In this document: positions 38,132 through 48,130 of the stretch, piece after piece
Position numbering within the stretch: the stretch's first letter is position 1
Layout: every line of letters begins with the position of its first letter
Source of the DNA: Candidatus Latescibacterota bacterium
GTDB taxonomy: Bacteria; Latescibacterota; UBA2968; GCA-2709665
Assembly: GCA_963662665.2 (NCBI GenBank)
Contig: CAXXJS010000007.1
Location: 1 to 54,718, forward strand
DNA length: 54,718 nucleotides
Reading direction: 5' to 3'
Position numbers and translations under genes: made by a program
Notes under the pieces: generated by a model
Told to the model about the DNA's origin: nothing
Database searches by the model: none
What the model saw: only the letters and a program-made list of their open reading frames with translations

Positions 38132-38785
38132 TTACCATGGACAGCCGCGATAGCTTATTGGATAAAACATCCATTTAAACTTATTTGGATAATTCAAAAG
38201 CAACGAATGATCGCTCAGTGGCCGTAATTCAGTAGTTCCAGCTAATGAAATCAAAGTCGTGCCCGGTATGTTAAATTGATAAGTCTTCAATTCATCTACT
38301 GGAAGTTCATCCTTTACATAAATAGGTAATGATAGCATACGAACAAAAGCATTTATTTCAATATCCAAATGCATAACAGCCAAGTCAGCCATAGCTGGAG
38401 TCGTCATTTTTCTATGGGCCTTGAACACACACTGTATGACTAGTTCCCTTGCTCCTGATTCATCTACAATAGTGTTTCGATAAGCAGCATATGCGTGAAA
38501 TGGCTCGCCTCTAAAATCTCGTTCATTTCTTAATACTCCTGCTTCGGCTTTCTTCATATCGAACAGTGTTTCTTTTGCTGGAGCACCAACAAAATAGCGA
38601 GTTCCTTTATGGTTGATTGTTATAGTTTGAGATTCGGCCAGTGATGGAAACAGCAAAAGAATAGACAGGCACTTCCACATCCTCGTCAACGCCCTCCTAA
38701 ATATCCATGAAATACCACCCGCAATAAACGCGATAATAACCCAGGCAACAGCCCAATCAATCGCCTCTCTCATCATTTTAACCAT
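38132..38785 (-). CDS. Hypothetical membrane-anchored or exported protein, low GC
   Basis: Long ORF in an AT-rich segment; N-terminal hydrophobic helices; start uncertain (38860/38785/38776); no motif recognised. Confidence 0.5.
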   Translation of the reverse strand: MVKMMREAIDWAVAWVIIAFIAGGISWIFRRALTRMWKCLSILLLFPSLAESQTITINHKGTRYFVGAPAKETLFDMKKAEAGVLRNERDFRGEPFHAYAAYRNTIVDESGARELVIQCVFKAHRKMTTPAMADLAVMHLDIEINAFVRMLSLPIYVKDELPVDELKTYQFNIPGTTLISLAGTTELRPLSDHSLLLNYPNKFKWMFYPISYRGCPW

Positions 38786-39550
38786 CACCCTGTTCCTCCA
38801 ACAAAAACATACAAACACCACTTCACGATAAAATATAACAGGGAAGAAACAAAACGCCATCCCTATAATGATTGTGCTCCTAAGAGATAATTCTTCATCC
38901 TTTAAGTGCCCTCTGCAAACCCTCCTTTTCTCCCCTTCGAGAGATCGAAATTGTTAAGGCTCCTTCAAGGCGCTCAAGGTCAGTGGATTGTTTCATAATT
39001 TCACAGACGCCTCCGCCGGAGCAGTGGTAAAGGTGTTCGTGCCGAGTGAACATCCCGTAGTTGGCTTTGATGGAGGCAACAAATCGTATTATGACAAGGG
39101 ATCGAAACAGGTGCAGTTTTTCGAATGCATCTCAATCGGACTCACGACTTACACCTATTGGGGGAAAGCATCTGAGTTTAAGCCCTGACAACGCGCGTGG
39201 TGTGAATTAAGAAAACCGGGATCAGGATTCCATCAGCGTCACGAGAAACTACACTGTCAAGAAGGGAATTGCGCACCTGGTTGCGGTTGGACTGTTCAAA
39301 TCGAAATATAACGACAGATGTACGAAGGGTGGGGGAGGGGACCCGATGCTTGTAGCCATGAAAATTAAGGAAATGGCTGAAGAGTTAATCGTGGCTTGGC
39401 TGTATCACGACGCTCAAATTGCCTTTGAACTAAAGGCCGGCGAGCTGTTCCCCGAGGACAATATGCTGAAATCACCTCTCAAGCCGAAGCCGAAAGCCGT
39501 TCTGTGGAGGTACATGAGTTTTGAAAAATACATCGACGTGTTGATAAATC

Positions 39551-40940
39551 GAGTTATATTCAAAAGTTGTGGATGAGTAAAAAAAAGAGCGTATCCTTAA
39601 GTGTCACCATAAACCCGCGAGGCCCCTCGGACGAGGGAGAAAGGATACGCTCGATGAGACAATATACAGCCTCCGAAGTTGAGACGATAGTCAAAGATGA
39701 AGTGACGTTGAGCCTGGAAGCCCTGATCCGTGTTGGTGCCAGGCGGATGCTGCAGGCCGCGCTGGAGTTTGAAGTGGACGCCTACGTCGAGAACCTGCAG
39801 GACGAGAGAGACGAACAAGGTCACCGGCAAGTGGTCAAAAATGGTGCCCACAAGCCGCGGGACCTGCTCACGGGCATGGGACCGATACCGATCCGCCAGC
39901 CGCGTGTGCACGACCGTCGTGAGGGCAAAGCGTTTCGATCTGCGATTTTGCCGCGGTATATGCGTCGAGCACCGTCGATCGATGCGTTGATTCCGGCGCT
40001 GTATCTCAAGGGTGTGTCCACGTCGTCGTTCCCTGAGGCGCTTGCCGCCATTCTGGGCGAGCAGGCCCCTGGATTGTCACCGGCCAACGTGGTTCGTCTC
40101 AAACAGATTTGGGAACAGGAATATCAGGCCTGGCGTGAACGGGATCTTTCGGACAAACACTACGTGTATGTGTGGGCTGACGGCATCTATTTCCAAGTGC
40201 GGCTGGAACCGGACCGGCCCTGTGTCTTAGTCCTCATCGGCGCCACCAGGGACGGTCGCAAGGAGCTTTTGGCCATTGAAGATGGGCATAGGGAAAGCAA
40301 GCTGTCCTGGCAGAACGTGCTGACGGACCTGAAACGACGCGGGTTGAAGGAAGCGCCCGCCCTGGCGATTGGCGATGGGGGTCTGGGGTTCTGGGCAGCG
40401 CTGGAGGAAGTCTTCCCTCAAACACACCATCAGCGCTGCTGGGTGCACAAGAGTGCCAACGTGCTGGATAAGCTCCCCAAGACGGTCCAGGCGCAGGCCA
40501 AAGCGCACCTCCACCAGATGTATCTGTCACCCACCAGACAGGATGCCCTGGGCGCTTACGAGGACTTCCTGTCCCTCTATGAACCCAAATACCCCAAAGC
40601 GTGTGCGTGCCTGGAAAAAGACAAGGACGTGCTGTTCACCTTTTACGATTTCCCTGCCGCTCACTGGCGACACCTCCGGTCCACCAATCCCATCGAATCC
40701 ACCTTCAGCACCGTTCGACACCGCACACGACAGACCAAAGGATGCGGCTCTCGAAATGCCACGATGATGATGGTCTACAAACTGGCAGAAACAAGCCCAA
40801 AAACACTGGCACAGATTACACGGTCACAAACTCATTGAACTCGTCGTACAGGGTGTCGAATTCCAGGACGGAGACATTAAGGCCGCCGCTTAATCCATCA
40901 GGATGCGCTACCCGCCATCCACAACATTTGACAATATCTC
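39551..40940 (+). mobile_element. IS256-family insertion sequence, 1390 bp
   Basis: Terminal IRs GAGTTATATTCAAAAGTTGTGGATG and (reverse complement) GAGATATTGTCAAATGTTGTGGATG; 8-bp target duplication GATAAATC at 39543-39550 and 40941-40948. Confidence 0.95.
39654..40893 (+). CDS. IS256 (Mutator-type DDE) transposase with a +1 frameshift near the C-terminus
   Basis: LYLKGVST, WADGIY, IGDGGLGFW, QRCWVHK, STNPIES; removing one A at 40789-40791 restores AEQAQKHWHRLHG...GVEFQDG to TAA at 40893. Confidence 0.9.
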
Positions 40941-41904
40941 GATAAATCGGGGCGTTTTCTTTTCTTATCCCGGCAGATTGCGTGATCCGTTTGAAGGAAT
41001 GGTGCCACCCCTAACAAGGAAACGTCTGTACGAATGGCTAATCCAAAAACATAAAGCCCCGGTTCATCAATTTGATGAAATTGTCAATATCTTTATACAC
41101 AATTTAAAAAACCAACACATCGTTTCTTGTTGGCACGCAATGGAGCACGAATCGGAAGCCATGTGGCGCCTATATGCCGGTACGGGAGCCGGGATCGCGA
41201 TCAAGACCACCTTCGAATCGCTGGAAAAGGCTTTCAAGAGTTGCGCTGAATCGAATGTCAAATATAAAGCTGGCAAGGTAATTTACGTAGACTACGATAC
41301 GTGCGATATTCCCCTTTTGAATGCGATGGCGTTGTTTCACAAGAAAGAATCCTTCAGTTTGGAGCGGGAAGTTCGCATCGTCCGCTTTTCTGACGGGAAT
41401 GAAGACTGTCCGGGCATAACCTGCAGCGCGGATCTAGGGGAACTTATCCAGGAGGTAGTGGTGTCACCTCTTGCAGACAGTTGGATGTTCAAAGTCGTCA
41501 AGGAAACCACAGCGAAATTTGACGCATCATTAGTGAAGAGAATCAGAAAATCAAAATAGCAGCGCGTGATTCCGTAGATGTCAGCCGAGGAACTTGCAAG
41601 CGTGACCTTTCAGAATTTAGAAGGTGTGTTTTCGTTCGCTTTGCAGCCGAACCCGATACATCCGTGAAGGACGTTGATTAATTCAACCGGGCGTTGTGGG
41701 AGTTGTGGCAGCAGATAGAGAAGTGCTTTCACGGCATCTCTATGCGGAGACCAGCGTACAACTGTTACAGAACGCACCGATCGTCCAGGACATTGCTTAG
41801 GGATTTTGCGAAAACGGAGCGAGTGATGCCCTTGACAGGATTGACAATTGTGATTTCTTTTTATTGAAGATGCGTCGTGAGCCTTCTGGAACGAACCAAC
41901 TAAA

Positions 41905-41932
41905 AACCGGTATAAGATATATTATGTAAACT
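41905..41932. other. dif (XerC/XerD chromosome dimer resolution) site
   Basis: AACCGGTATAA-GATATA-TTATGTAAACT has the 11-6-11 architecture; the right arm matches the B. subtilis dif arm TTATGTAAACT; intergenic, with genes converging on it. Confidence 0.8.
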
Positions 41933-41975
41933 TGATGCTGCGGCGGGGTTTGTTTTCACGTCTTCTTCTGTATTT

Positions 41976-42644
41976 CTATTGAATGGGTTCATCCTGCCTG
42001 TGTTTCTCCTGCACTATGGATAATTCGGTTTTCAAGCGCCCTATTTCCCGGTTTTTGGCTGCCAGGTCCTCTTTGAATGCTTCGCAGCTGTTTTCGAGTA
42101 CCCTGTTTTTTTCTAGTAACTGATTTTTTTCTTCTCCGTGCCGGTTCAGTTCTTTTCTGAGCCAGTGCGCCGTTAAAACCGCCTCTTCCCGGGTTTTATC
42201 CGCTACACGGAGGTTTTCCCGCAAACCCTCGATGTCATCCTTGTATTTTCGCGCTTCCGTCCATCCGGATGCAGACGATGCTTCGAGTTGGGTCTGGCGT
42301 TCGTGAAGTGTCCGAAGTTCGGCCGTGCGTTCAGCCAGAGCCCGCTCAACGGCATCCAGTTTGCCAATGCGCTGCTGCAACCGGTCGTAGTCGTCTCTTT
42401 GAAGTTGTACCAGGGACTCGCTTTGGAGTCGTTCAATTCTTTTTGGCTCTATAATTTTTCCATATTTTTTCCTATAAATTTCCAATATATTTTCTCTGGG
42501 AATTCTCCACGCGCCATTCCACTTCTGGGCTTTCAAGAATCCCCGATCTATATAGTTTCGGACCGTTTTTGTCGTCACTTTGAGTAAATTCGCTGCCTGA
42601 TCTATGGTCAGGTGCTGTAACTGTGTATCTCGGGAGTCGGACAT
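41976..42644 (-). CDS. MerR/excisionase-like helix-turn-helix plus coiled-coil protein
   Basis: LTIDQAANLLKVTTKTVRNYIDRGFLKAQK...WRI followed by about 140 aa of heptad-like E/K/R/L-rich sequence; GGAGGG RBS. Confidence 0.8.
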   Translation of the reverse strand: MSDSRDTQLQHLTIDQAANLLKVTTKTVRNYIDRGFLKAQKWNGAWRIPRENILEIYRKKYGKIIEPKRIERLQSESLVQLQRDDYDRLQQRIGKLDAVERALAERTAELRTLHERQTQLEASSASGWTEARKYKDDIEGLRENLRVADKTREEAVLTAHWLRKELNRHGEEKNQLLEKNRVLENSCEAFKEDLAAKNREIGRLKTELSIVQEKHRQDEPIQ

Positions 42645-42758
42645 AAACCCTCCATTGCAGAATTATTCTATTTGTTTTCCACAATTATTATAGGAAATTT
42701 CATCCATGAGTTCAAGATCGAATATCAGATTGATTACGGACCCGGAAGGAAAACTCAA

Positions 42759-43868
42759 ATGAAAAAGTCAGAATGGAAACGCACCCCACTCTACTCGCAA
42801 CATGCCGCATTAAACGCGAAATTGGTCGAATTCGGGGGCTGGGAGATGCCGGTCCAATATTCCGGTATCGTTTCAGAGCATCGGGCGGTGAGGTCGGCGG
42901 CGGGGTTGTTCGACGTCAGCCATATGGGGCAGATCCAGGTCTCGGGGGCAGGAGCGATGGATTTTCTGCAATACCTGGCGGCCAACGACATTGGAAAGCT
43001 GCAAATCGGCAGATGCCAATATTCCTTTCTCCTGAACGAACGCGGCGGCACAATTGACGACATGATGGTCTACCGGACGGAAGCGGACAGGTATACGCTT
43101 GTTGTCAACGCGTCCAATGCGGAAAAGGACTGGGCCCACGTGCGCTCCACGGGAGCCGGTCGAAGAGCAGTCGATTTGGAAAACAGAAGCGGCCACGGTG
43201 CCCTGCTGGCATTACAGGGTCCCGCGGCCGCCGGTATTCTGGCGGCGCTGACGTCAGACGACGTCGCTGCGCTTCGTTTCCACGACGTGCGGCCGTTTAC
43301 CGTTGCAGGCCTGCCGGTGCTGGTCGCCGCATCGGGTTATACCGGTGAAAACGGATTTGAGATATTCGTGGGGTCAGACGGGGTGGAAACGTTGTGGTGC
43401 ACCCTCCTTGAGGCAGGCAGGGGCGCCGGAGCCGTTCCGGTCGGTCTGGGGGCCCGCGATACGCTCCGGCTGGAGGCTTCGCTCGCCCTGTACGGGCACG
43501 AACTGGATGAGAATACGTCCCCGCTGGAGGCCAACCTCGGTTTCGCCGTGGCGAAGACCGGATCATACATCGGTTCCGAAGCGATCCGGAAACAGTTGGC
43601 GGACGGCGTCAAAAAAAGGCTCGTGATGCTGGAGATGATCGACAGGGGGATTCCACGCCAGGGTTACGGGATTCAACAATCCGACGGCACAGCCGCCGGT
43701 GTGATTACCAGCGGGTCGGTCTCGCCGTGGACCGGCAAGAACATCGCCATGGGCTTTGTGAATCCGAAGCTCGCCCGGCAAGGCCGGGAACTGCTTGTAT
43801 CCGTCCGGAACCGGCGGCTTCGGGCAAGGGTGGTTCGCAGGCCGTATTACCGTCGGCCGGCAAGTTAG
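42759..43868 (+). CDS. gcvT: Glycine cleavage system aminomethyltransferase T
   Basis: RTPLY, FGGWEMPVQY, FDVSHMG, GYTGENGFEI, GLGARDTLRLEA; AAGGA RBS. Confidence 0.95.
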   Translation: MKKSEWKRTPLYSQHAALNAKLVEFGGWEMPVQYSGIVSEHRAVRSAAGLFDVSHMGQIQVSGAGAMDFLQYLAANDIGKLQIGRCQYSFLLNERGGTIDDMMVYRTEADRYTLVVNASNAEKDWAHVRSTGAGRRAVDLENRSGHGALLALQGPAAAGILAALTSDDVAALRFHDVRPFTVAGLPVLVAASGYTGENGFEIFVGSDGVETLWCTLLEAGRGAGAVPVGLGARDTLRLEASLALYGHELDENTSPLEANLGFAVAKTGSYIGSEAIRKQLADGVKKRLVMLEMIDRGIPRQGYGIQQSDGTAAGVITSGSVSPWTGKNIAMGFVNPKLARQGRELLVSVRNRRLRARVVRRPYYRRPAS

Positions 43869-43889
43869 CAGCCCGTACCTATCCCCTAC

Positions 43890-44055
43890 CAGCCCGTTGA
43901 AAAAGTCTATCCGGGCTGCGTCCGACCCTTGTGGCCGAATTACTGCGTTGCGCTCCCTCCCCGAATCCCCGATTCGACGCGGTCGCGCGCCTTGTCTTCG
44001 GCCACAATGACAGAACACGATGCCTCGACTGCAGAGCGACTTTTTCAACGGACTG
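43890..44055. mobile_element. MITE (family A), 166 bp
   Basis: 18-bp terminal IRs CAGCCCGTTGAAAAAGTC / GACTTTTTCAACGGACTG (17/18 match); internal IR TTGTGGCCGAA/TTCGGCCACAA. Confidence 0.8.
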
Positions 44056-44113
44056 CTGCCCTGCTCATTTTTCTTTCCTGATTGACAGCCACCGGAATGT
44101 TTGGATTCGTTTC

Positions 44114-44154
44114 AAAAAAAACCCCCGCAGTCGGTCGATGACTCCGGGGTTTTT
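44114..44154. terminator. Bidirectional intrinsic terminator between gcvT and leuS
   Basis: A8 run, CCCCG.AGTC loop GACT.CGGGG hairpin, T5 run. Confidence 0.75.
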
Positions 44155-44157
44155 GAT

Positions 44158-46611
44158 TTACGCCACGATGTTAACGAGTCGGTTGGGAACCACGATCACC
44201 TTTCTGGGTACCTTGCCAGCCAGATGGGTTTTGACATTCGGCTGCTCCAGCGCAAGTCTCTTGACGTCGTCGCCTTCCGCGTCCACCTCCACCTGAAACC
44301 GGGCGCGGACCCTGCCGTTGACCTGTACGGGCATCTGAATGGTTGCCGGCCGTGCAAGATCCTCTTCCCATTCGGGCCAGGCCTGTTCGTGTACGCTGTA
44401 GTCTTCCCCGATACGTTCCCACAATTCTTCCGATAAATGAGGCGTGAGTGGCGCCAGCAGCAGGCACAGCGAGCGGATGGCGTCCTTCCAGGCGTCCGAT
44501 TCGACAACCGCCGCGGTCTTGGCTTTACCGAGCCGGTTGACGAAGGTCATCAGCGCGGCGACGGCGGTGTTGAAGTCGAACGATTCAATGTCCGCCGAGA
44601 CCTTCTTGATCGCCTGATGGGTCACCCTCCGCAGATCCGTCGTCTCCCCTTCCCCAGGTGGTTCACCTGCCATCACTGTCGGCTCCACGACAAGTGACCA
44701 GACCCGGTTGAGAAATCGGGGAACGCCCTCCAGGCTGGCCGAGTTCCAGGGACCGCCCTGGTCCCAGCGGCTGATGAACATCAGATACGCCCGGACGCTG
44801 TCAACGCCGTGCGCGTCGATGAGATCGTCCGGATTCACCACGTTCCCCCTGGATTTGCTCATTTTCTCGGAATCCTCGCCAAGGATGATTCCCTGGTTGA
44901 ACAGCCGCACCATGGGTTCGGTTTCGTCGGTGGCGATCAGCCGGATATCTCGCATCGCCATCGTGAAAAAACGGGTATATAGCAGGTGCATCGTCGCGTG
45001 CTCTATACCGCCCGTATACTGATCTACAGGCAGCCAGTACGCCGCCTCGTCCGGATCGAAAGGGCCGGCGGCGTACTGAGGGCTGAGATACCGGTACTGA
45101 TACCATGAAGAGCACATGAACGTATCCATCGTATCGGTTTCTCTTAGCGCATCGCGGTGGCAATCCGGGCAGGTCGTATGCAGGAACCCTTCGTGATGTT
45201 TCAGCGGAGACTCGCCCGTAGGCAGAAACTCCGCGTCGTCGGGCAGAGTCACGGGAAGGTCCCGCTCCGGTACGGGCACCACCCCGCAGTCGGCGCAGTA
45301 AATGATGGGTATGGGGCAACCCCAATACCGTTGACGGGAAATCAGCCAGTCGTGCAGCCGGTAGTTTACCTTCCGCTCTCCGATTCCCCGGCCTTCCAGA
45401 TCTTCAGCCAGCGCTTTCTTCGCGGCCTGCGATGGCATTCCGCTGAACCGGCCGGAATTGACGAGGGTGCCTTCTCCCTCGTATGGACGCGTGAGCCGGC
45501 GGCCGTCCCAATCCGGTGGTGCGATTACCGTTGCAACGGGCAGTCCATACCGTTTCGCGAACCCGAAATCCCTTTCGTCGTGTCCGGGCACGGCCATAAT
45601 CGCGCCGGTGCCGTACGTTGTCAGCACGTAATCGGCAATATAGATTGGTACCTCGGCGTCGTTCATCGGGTTAATTGCATACGCACCCGTGAAGACACCG
45701 TCCCTTTCCTTGTCCAGCGCCAAGCGGTCGATTTCGGATCGCCGTGCGGTTTTTTCGCGGTACGACGCGACTTCTGCCGCCCGGACCTTTGGCGTTATCG
45801 TATCGACAAGGTCGTGCTCCGGCGCCAATACGGCGAATGTAACGCCGAAAATCGTATCCGTACGCGTGGTGAAAACACGGAACGACTCCCCCGTTCCCTT
45901 CACCCGCATTTCAAACTCCACCCCTTCGCTGCGGCCGATCCAATTGGTCTGCATCGTTTCGACCCGGTCGGGCCATTCAACACCCGAGAAGTTCAGGAGC
46001 GAATCCGCATACTTCGTTATCCGGAACAACCACTGATCCAGGTCCTTCTTTACAACGGGGGTATTGCAGCGTTCGCAATGGCGGTCGTCTCCCCACACCT
46101 GCTCTCTCGCAAGCGTGGTATTGCAACGCGGGCACCAGTCCACCAGGGCCTTTTGCCGATAGGCCAACCCGTGGCGATAGAACTGCAGGAACAGCCATTG
46201 CGTCCACCTGTAGTAATCTGGCTCGCACGTGACAATCTCTCTGTCCCAGTCGAACATGGCGCCCATTCTTTTCAGATGACGCCGCATTCTTGTCACGTTG
46301 TCCATGGTCCATTGGGCCGGATGAATTCCCCGTTCAATGGCGGCATTCTCCGCCGGCAGTCCGAACGCATCAAATCCGATTGGAAACAGGACGTTATATC
46401 CTTTCATCCGCATCCATCTGGCGCGAGCGTCGGAAGGCGCCATCGCATACCAGTGTCCGATATGCAGGTCTCCGGAGGTATACGGCAACATCGTGAGCGC
46501 GTAATGCTTGGGTCTGCCTTTCCTTACAGCGCTCCTATAAAGCCCCGTCTCCTCCCAGCGGGTGCGCCATTTGGATTCGATCGAAGCAAAATCATATCCA
46601 CTCTCAGCCAT
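44158..46611 (-). CDS. leuS: Leucine--tRNA ligase
   Basis: HIGH and KMSKS motifs, editing domain FTTR..T and GTGAIMAVPGHDERD, DTFMCSSWY. Confidence 0.97.
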   Translation of the reverse strand: MAESGYDFASIESKWRTRWEETGLYRSAVRKGRPKHYALTMLPYTSGDLHIGHWYAMAPSDARARWMRMKGYNVLFPIGFDAFGLPAENAAIERGIHPAQWTMDNVTRMRRHLKRMGAMFDWDREIVTCEPDYYRWTQWLFLQFYRHGLAYRQKALVDWCPRCNTTLAREQVWGDDRHCERCNTPVVKKDLDQWLFRITKYADSLLNFSGVEWPDRVETMQTNWIGRSEGVEFEMRVKGTGESFRVFTTRTDTIFGVTFAVLAPEHDLVDTITPKVRAAEVASYREKTARRSEIDRLALDKERDGVFTGAYAINPMNDAEVPIYIADYVLTTYGTGAIMAVPGHDERDFGFAKRYGLPVATVIAPPDWDGRRLTRPYEGEGTLVNSGRFSGMPSQAAKKALAEDLEGRGIGERKVNYRLHDWLISRQRYWGCPIPIIYCADCGVVPVPERDLPVTLPDDAEFLPTGESPLKHHEGFLHTTCPDCHRDALRETDTMDTFMCSSWYQYRYLSPQYAAGPFDPDEAAYWLPVDQYTGGIEHATMHLLYTRFFTMAMRDIRLIATDETEPMVRLFNQGIILGEDSEKMSKSRGNVVNPDDLIDAHGVDSVRAYLMFISRWDQGGPWNSASLEGVPRFLNRVWSLVVEPTVMAGEPPGEGETTDLRRVTHQAIKKVSADIESFDFNTAVAALMTFVNRLGKAKTAAVVESDAWKDAIRSLCLLLAPLTPHLSEELWERIGEDYSVHEQAWPEWEEDLARPATIQMPVQVNGRVRARFQVEVDAEGDDVKRLALEQPNVKTHLAGKVPRKVIVVPNRLVNIVA

Positions 46612-46635
46612 CTTTTGGCTCCCTCTTCTCACATA

Positions 46636-47931
46636 TTATGGGTAAAGCCGTTGCAACATCCGGGGAAACGGAATGGTCTCCCGGACATGCCGCAACCCGC
46701 AGATCCACGCCACGGTCCGTTCGATGCCCAGCCCGAATCCTGCGTGGGGCACCGATCCGTAGCGCCTCAGGTCCAGGTACCATTGGAAAGGAGCCTCGTC
46801 AAGTCTGTGTTCGGCGATTTTCCGCCGCAGTTCCTCCAGGTCGTCCTCCCGTTGCCCGCCCCCGATGATTTCTCCGTACCCCTCCGGCGCAAGCATATCC
46901 ATACACAGCGCCAGCCGGCCGTCGTCCGGATCTCCCTTCATGTAAAAGGCCTTGCACGCAGCGGGATACCGGTGCACCAGGACCGGACGATCGAACTGTT
47001 CGGCCAGCACGGTTTCCTCGTCGCCGCCGAAATCATCGCCCCACGCATGCGATATGCCCTTCATGTTCAATATGTCCACGGCGTCCGTATAGGAAATCCT
47101 GGGGAACGGTTTCTTCACGCGTTCCAGCGGCTCGAGGTCCCGTTCGAGCAACTCAAGCTCCTGTGAACGGTTTTCCAGGACCTGCCGGACCACGGTACTG
47201 ACGAAGTCTTCTGCCAGATCCATGTCACCGTCCAGGTCCAGGTACGCCACTTCCGGCTCCACCATCCAGAATTCGGTGAGGTGCCGGCGGGTCTTGGATT
47301 TCTCCGCCCTGAATGTAGGCCCGAAACAGTAGACCTTGCCGAAGGCCATGGCGCTGGCCTCCAGGTACAATTGGCCGCTCTGGGTCAAGTAGGCATGGTC
47401 GTCAAAGTAGTCAGTCTGAAAGAGCGTCGTCGTGCCCTCGCACGACGACGGCGTAAAGATCGGCGAATCCGTCAGTACGAACTCTCGTTCGTCCAAGAAA
47501 CTCCGGCACGCACGGATAACTTCGCTTCGCACCCGTAGAATGGCGTGTTGGCGGGAGGAACGCAGCCAGAGATGACGATGATCCATCAGGAAGGCGGTCC
47601 CGTGTGCTTTTGGCGTAATGGGATAGGGTTCCGATGCCTGAACCACCTCCATATTGGAAACGCCGACCTCAAAACCCAGGGGCGAGCGTGTGTCTTCGCG
47701 TACAACCCCCCACACGCGCAGCGAAGACTCCTGGGTCAGGTTACCCGAGCGTTCGAACAGGTCGGACGACACGTCCCCCTCGAACACGACGCACTGAACC
47801 ACTCCGGTTCCGTCTCTCAGCTGCAGAAAGTGCAGCTTACCGCTGGAGCGTTTGTTTTGCAGCCAGCCCTGTAGCAGGACATCACGCCCCTCGTGCTCGG
47901 CGATCCTTGAAATCGAAATCGGTACGGCCAT
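46636..47931 (-). CDS. asnS: Asparagine--tRNA ligase
   Basis: OB-fold anticodon domain, [44 protein letters not shown]. Confidence 0.96.
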   Translation of the reverse strand: MAVPISISRIAEHEGRDVLLQGWLQNKRSSGKLHFLQLRDGTGVVQCVVFEGDVSSDLFERSGNLTQESSLRVWGVVREDTRSPLGFEVGVSNMEVVQASEPYPITPKAHGTAFLMDHRHLWLRSSRQHAILRVRSEVIRACRSFLDEREFVLTDSPIFTPSSCEGTTTLFQTDYFDDHAYLTQSGQLYLEASAMAFGKVYCFGPTFRAEKSKTRRHLTEFWMVEPEVAYLDLDGDMDLAEDFVSTVVRQVLENRSQELELLERDLEPLERVKKPFPRISYTDAVDILNMKGISHAWGDDFGGDEETVLAEQFDRPVLVHRYPAACKAFYMKGDPDDGRLALCMDMLAPEGYGEIIGGGQREDDLEELRRKIAEHRLDEAPFQWYLDLRRYGSVPHAGFGLGIERTVAWICGLRHVRETIPFPRMLQRLYP

Positions 47932-48071
47932 CGTGTACCTCCCCCGGTCATATGACCGACGCGTTCAAAGACCCCATCGCAGAAGCCGGACGGTCCGCCG
48001 GATAGGCAACACCCCTGATACGGACGTCGTGGTTCGCGATGCGCGGTTCCCTATTCTTGCCGTGCAAAATC

Positions 48072-48103
48072 AAAAAAGACGACCGGGAAGTTGCCGATCG
48101 CCT
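48072..48103 (-). terminator. Intrinsic terminator after pnp
   Basis: Minus strand AGGCGATCGG-CAACTTC-CCGGTCGTCT followed by a T run. Confidence 0.7.
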
Positions 48104-48130
48104 TGTGCCGTCCCTGAAGTTCCGGCCGGA

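Larger units (their letters stand above)
39346..41559 (+). pseudogene. DUF2971-like gene interrupted by IS256 (271 aa when rejoined)
   Basis: Removing the IS and one target-duplication copy restores LWRYMSFEKYIDVLINRGVFFS..RDPFEG in frame; SCWH..ESEAMW..YA, GIAI, KK..F..ERE.R motifs. Confidence 0.8.

Noticed and set aside
38988-39188. 66-aa ORF in the island
   Set aside because: TTG start, no clear RBS, no recognisable motif; possibly a gene remnant but unsupported
40928-40956. IS256 outward TTGACA forming a hybrid promoter
   Set aside because: No acceptable -10 hexamer at 16-18 nt spacing (GGCGTT at 17)
11430-43962. KOPS-like GGGNAGGG octamers polarised toward dif
   Set aside because: Copies spotted by eye occur in both orientations on the left arm; too few and not systematically counted
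45157-47166. 669-aa + strand ORF
   Set aside because: Antisense shadow of leuS/asnS with no motifs; expected in high-GC DNA, as are most other overlapping short ORFs in the track
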